From Auanema rhodensis (lineage: Eukaryota; Animalia; Nematoda): 64,000 bases of DNA. The position numbers were made by a program, and so were the translations under genes. Below are positions 58,501 to 64,000 of this stretch, piece by piece (within the stretch, counting starts at the first letter, position 1; every line of letters starts with the position of its first letter). Below the pieces are notes generated by a model. The model saw nothing but the letters and a program-made list of their open reading frames with translations, did not search any database and had not been told where the DNA came from. The stretch lies in assembly GCA_964057225.1 (NCBI GenBank), contig OZ059897.1, forward strand, positions 4,526,001-4,590,000, in the 5' to 3' direction.

Positions 58501-61500
58501 ACACAGATAAACGCAGCTTAAAAATCCGCATTGAATGCACTATACTACATTGAAAAACGCTTTATACAAAAATTAGTTATGATCGTATGAAAAATAATGC
58601 ATTAGTGTATGTTGAGTTCCCATGTACACTCAACATTGCTTCCAAAAACATTTTGACAAAAATTTTCCCGAAAAATTTCTAAATAATTTCACAAAAAGTA
58701 GATGTTTTTAGATTCCTTTTTTCAAGACGAATACGATGGACAATGTTTTTCAACGAAAAAATCATTTCTTCAGGGTGAAAATCGAGGATATAAGTGTGAA
58801 CCTATATCAGTTGATTACTCGGTGCATTTTTAAGCTAGCGCAATTCTGATAACACAGATCGACGCAGCTTAAAAATCCGCATCGAATGCACTATACTACA
58901 TTGAGAAACGCTCTATACAAAAATTAGTTATGATCGTTTGAAAAATAATGCATTAGTGTATGCTGAGTTCCCATGTACACTCAACATTGCTTCCAAAAAC
59001 ATTGTGACAAAAATTTTCCCGAAAAATTTCTAAATAATTTCACAAAAAGTAGGAGTTTTTAGATTTCTTTTTTCAAGGCAAAAACAATGGACAATGTTAT
59101 TCAACGAAAAAATTAATTCTTCAGGGTGAAAATCGAGGATATAAGTGTGAACCTATATCAGTTGATTACTCGGTGCATTTTTAAGCTAGCGCAAATCTGA
59201 TAACACAGATCAACGCAGCTTAAAAATCCGCATCGAATGCACTATACTACATTGAGAAACGCTCCATACAAAAATTAGTTATGATCGTTTGAAAAATAAT
59301 GCATTAGTGTATGTTGAGTTCCCATGTACACTCAACATTGCTTCCAAAAACATTTTGACAAAAATTTTCCCGAAAAATTTCTGAATAATTTCACAAAAAG
59401 TAGATGTTTTTAGATTCTTTTTTTCAAGACGAATACGATGGACAATGTTTCTCAACGAAAAAATCATTTCTTCAGGGTGAAAATCGAGGATATAAGTGTG
59501 AACATATATCAGTTGATATCTCGGTGCATTTTTAAGCTAACTCAAATCTGATAACACAGATCGACGCAGCTTAACAATCCGCATCGAATACACTATACTA
59601 CATTGAGAAACGCTCTATACAAAAATTAGTTATGATCGTTTGAAAAATAATGCATTAGTGTATGCTGAGTTCCCATGTACACTCAACATTGCTTCCAAAA
59701 ACATGGTGACAAAAATTTTCCCGAAAAATTTCTAAATAATTTCACAAAAAGTAGATGTTTTTAGATTCCTTTTTTCAAGGCAAAGACGATGGACAATGTT
59801 ATTCAACGAAAAAATTAATTCTTCAGGGTGAAAATCGAGGATATAAGTGTGAACCTATATCAGTTGATATCTCGGTGCATTTTCAAGCTAGCGCAAATCT
59901 GATAACACAGATCGACGCAGCTTACAAATCCGCATCGAATGCACTATACTACATTGATAAACGCTTAATACAAAAATTAGTTATGATCGTTTGAAAAATA
60001 ATGCATTAGTGTATGCTGAGTTCCCATGTACACTCAACATTGCTTCCAAAAACATTGTGACAAAAATTTTCCCGAAAAATTTCTAAATAATTTCACAAAA
60101 AGTAGGAGTTTTTAGATTTCTTTTTTCAAGGCAAAGACGATGGACAATGTTATTCAACGAAAAAATTAATTCTTCAGGGTGAAAATCGAGGATATAAGTG
60201 TGAACCTATATCAGTTGATTACTCGGTGCATTTTTAAGCTAGCGCAAATCTGATAACACAGATCGACGCAGCTTAAAAATCCGCATCGAATGCACTATAC
60301 TACATTGAGAAACGCTCCATACAAAAATTAGTTATGATCGTTTGAAAAATAATGCATTAGTGTATGTTGAGTTCCCATGTACACTCAACATTGCTTCCAA
60401 AAACATTTTGACAAAAATTTTCCCGAAAAATTTCTAAATAATTTCACAAAAAGTAGATGTTTTTAGATTCCTTTTTTCAAGACGAATACGATGGACAATG
60501 TTTTTCAACGAAAAAATCATTTCTTCAGGGTGAAAATCGAGGATATAAGTGTGAACATATATCAGTTGATATCTCGGTGCATTTTCAAGCTAGCGCAAAT
60601 CTGATAACACAGATCGACGCAGCTTAAAAATCCGCATCGAATGCACTATACTACATTGATAAACGCTTAATACAAAAATTAGTTATGATCGTTTGAAAAA
60701 TAATGCATTAGTGTATGTTGAGTTCCCATGTACACTCAACATTGCTTCCAAAAACATTTTGACAAAAATTTTCCCGAAAAATTTCTAAATAATTTCACAA
60801 AAAGTAGATGTTTTTAGATTCCTTTTTTCAAGACGAATACGATGGACAATGTTTTTCAACGAAAAAATCATTTCTTCAGGGTGAAAATCGAGGATATAAG
60901 TGTGAACATATATCAGTTGATATCTCGGTGCATTTTTAAGCTAACTCAAATCTGATAACACAGATCGACGCAGCTTACAAATCCGCATCGAATGCACTAT
61001 ACTACATTGAGAAACGCTCTATACAAAAATTAGTTATGATCGTTTGAAAAATAATGCATTAGTGTATGCTGAGTTCCCATGTACACTCAACATTGCTTCC
61101 AAAAACATTGTGACAAAAATTTTCCCGAAAAATTTCTAAATAATTTCACAAAAAGTAGGAGTTTTTAGATTTCTTTTTTCAAGGCAAAGACGATGGACAA
61201 TGTTATTCAACGAAAAAATTAATTCTTCAGGGTGAAAATCGAGGATATAAGTGTGAACCTATATCAGTTGATTACTCGGTGCATTTTTAAGCTAGCGCAA
61301 AATCTGATAACACAGATCGACGCAGCTTAAAAATCCGCATCGAATGCACTATACTACATTGAGAAACGCTCTATACAAAAATTAGTTATGATCGTTTGAA
61401 AAATAATGCATTAGTGTATGTTGAGTTCCCATGTACACTCAACATTGCTTCCAAAAACATTTTGACAAAAATTTTCCCGAAAAATTTCTAAATAATTTCA

Positions 61501-64000
61501 CAAAAAGTAGATGTTTTTAGATTCCTTTTTTCAAGACGAATACGATGGACAATGTTTTTTAACGAAAAAATCATTTCTTCAGGGTGAAAATCGAGGATAT
61601 AAGTGTGAACATATATCAGTTGATATCTCGGTGCATTTTTAAGCTAACTCAAATCTGATAACACAGATCGACGCAGCTTAAAAATCCGCATCGAATGCAC
61701 TATACTACATTGAGAAACGCTCTATACAAAAATTAGTTATGATCGTTTGAAAAATAATGCATTAGTGTATGCTGAGTTCCCATGTACACTCAACATTGCT
61801 TCCAAAAACATTTTGACAAAAATTTTCCCGAAAAATTTCTAAATAATTTCACAAAAAGTAGATGTTTTTAGATTCCTTTTTTCAAGACGAATACGATGGA
61901 CAATGTTTTTCAACAAAAAAATCATTTCTTCAGGGTGAAAATCGAGGATATAAGTGTGAACATATATCAGTTGATATCTCGGTGCATTTTTAAGTTAACT
62001 CAAATCTGATAACACAGATCAACGCAGCTTAAAAATCCGCCTCGAATGCACTATACTACATTGAGAAACGCTTTATACAAAAATTAGTTATGATCGTATG
62101 AAAAATAATGCATTAGTGTATGTTGAGTTCCCATGTACACTCAACATTGCTTCCAAAAACATTTTGACAAAAATTTTCCCGAAAAATTTCTGAATAATTT
62201 CACAAAAAGTAGATGTTTTTAGATTCTTTTTTTCAAGACGAATACGATGGACAATGTTTTTCAACGAAAAAATCATTTCTTCAGGGTGAAAATCGAGGAT
62301 ATAAGTGTGAACATATATCAGTTGATATCTCGGTGCATTTTTAAGTTAACTCAAATCTGATAACACAGATCAACGCAGCTTACAAATCCGCATCGAATGC
62401 ACTATACTACATTGAGAAACGCTCTATACAAAAATTAGTTATGATCGTTTGAAAAATAATGCATTAGTGTATGCTGAGTTCCCATGTACACTCAACATTG
62501 CTTCCAAAAACATTGTGACAAAAATTTTCCCGAAAAATTTCTAAATAATTTCACAAAAAGTAGGAGTTTTTAGATTTCTTTTTTCAAGGCAAAGACGATG
62601 GACAATGTTATTCAACGAAAAAATTAATTCTTCAGGGTGAAAATCGAGGATATAAGTGTGAACCTATATCAGTTGATTACTCGGTGCATTTTTAAGCTAG
62701 CGCAAAATCTGATAACACAGATCGACGCAGCTTAAAAATCCGCATCGAATGCACTATACTACATTGAGAAACGCTCTATACAAAAATTAGTTATGATCGT
62801 TTGAAAAATAATGCATTAGTGTATGTTGAGTTCCCATGTACACTCAACATTGCTTCCAAAAACATTTTGACAAAAATTTTCCCGAAAAATTTCTAAATAA
62901 TTTCACAAAAAGTAGATGTTTTTAGATTCCTTTTTTCAAGACGAATACGATGGACAATGTTTTTTAACGAAAAAATCATTTCTTCAGGGTGAAAATCGAG
63001 GATATAAGTGTGAACATATATCAGTTGATATCTCGGTGCATTTTTAAGCTAACTCAAATCTGATAACACAGATCGACGCAGCTTAAAAATCCGCATCGAA
63101 TGCACTATACTACATTGAGAAACGCTCTATACAAAAATTAGTTATGATCGTTTGAAAAATAATGCATTAGTGTATGCTGAGTTCCCATGTACACTCAACA
63201 TTGCTTCCAAAAACATTTTGACAAAAATTTTCCCGAAAAATTTCTAAATAATTTCACAAAAAGTAGATGTTTTTAGATTCCTTTTTTCAAGACGAATACG
63301 ATGGACAATGTTTTTCAACAAAAAAATCATTTCTTCAGGGTGAAAATCGAGGATATAAGTGTGAACATATATCAGTTGATATCTCGGTGCATTTTTAAGT
63401 TAACTCAAATCTGATAACACAGATCAACGCAGCTTAAAAATCCGCCTCGAATGCACTATACTACATTGAGAAACGCTTTATACAAAAATTAGTTATGATC
63501 GTATGAAAAATAATGCATTAGTGTATGTTGAGTTCCCATGTACACTCAACATTGCTTCCAAAAACATTTTGACAAAAATTTTCCCGAAAAATTTCTGAAT
63601 AATTTCACAAAAAGTAGATGTTTTTAGATTCTTTTTTTCAAGACGAATACGATGGACAATGTTTTTCAACGAAAAAATCATTTCTTCAGGGTGAAAATCG
63701 AGGATATAAGTGTGAACATATATCAGTTGATATCTCGGTGCATTTTTAAGCTAACTCAAATCTGATAACACAGATCGACGCAGCTTAAAAATCCGCATCG
63801 AATGCACTATACTACATTGAGAAACGCTCTATACAAAAATTAGTTATGATCGTTTGAAAAATAATGCATTAGTGTATGCTGAGTTCCCATGTACACTCAA
63901 CATTGCTTCCAAAAACATTGTGACAAAAATTTTCCCGAAAAATTTCTAAATAATTTCACAAAAAGTAGATGTTTTTAGATTCCTTTTTTCAAGGCAAAGA
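43524..64000. repeat. Array domain 2: B-rich and more heterogeneous, with its own variant set
   Basis: Variants not seen upstream appear from about 43600: CACAGAAAG, AAGTTAACTC, GATCGTATG, GATAGAC/ATTAGTTC, GCTTACAAAT, GATAAACGCTTAATAC. Confidence 0.75.

Larger units (their letters stand above)
1..64000. repeat. Tandem satellite DNA array, 351-bp monomer, about 182.3 copies, single orientation, extends beyond both window edges
   Basis: TTCCCATGTACACTCAAC recurs at 1, 352, 703, 1054 and so on to 63884. ORF-track spacings are all multiples of 351, or 351n plus or minus 1 across three indels. No unique sequence is interspersed. Hand count of monomer 1 gives 116/351 G+C. Confidence 0.99.

Noticed and set aside
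25260-59994. Plus-strand ORFs of 62-79 aa (25260, 33684, 34737, 41739, 59755)
   Set aside because: Each arises from sporadic stop-removing variants in single monomers and is not conserved across copies.
1716-63681. Repeated minus-strand 62-aa ORF (MIFSLKNIVHRIRLEKK...)
   Set aside because: It appears only in B1 monomers, where one SNP (TCTAAA to TCTGAA) removes a stop. It is low-complexity and K/F/I-rich as expected from A/T tracts, has no recognisable domain, and is broken in most monomers.
1-64000. Giant tandem-repeat protein gene, since 351 bp = 117 codons
   Set aside because: No ORF exceeds 79 aa in any frame, so no frame stays open across a monomer.
1-64000. CRISPR array or repeat-spacer cassette system
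   Set aside because: There are no unique spacers. The entire unit repeats with only SNP-level variation, and no cas or recombinase genes are present.

Overview
The whole 64 kb window is one uninterrupted head-to-tail tandem array of a 351-bp AT-rich monomer (about 33% GC; 182 full copies plus a 117-bp partial copy). This is typical eukaryotic satellite DNA, probably centromeric or pericentromeric. I cannot identify the species or satellite family from sequence alone. I find no genes, RNA genes, transposon insertions, inversions or CRISPR spacers, and the ORF track is an artefact of the repeat. What is informative lies in the variant pattern. There are two monomer subfamilies (A and B, about 5% apart) arranged as a loose A-A-B1-B2 higher-order repeat, plus recombinant monomers. 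Duplications of 1-4 monomers occur in tandem, and copies also recur 11-29 monomers apart. The variant set switches sharply at about 43.5 kb, only three net length changes occur in 64 kb, and the monomer is rich in short dyad symmetries. I see no evidence of a novel gene-based system here. All variant calls were made by eye.
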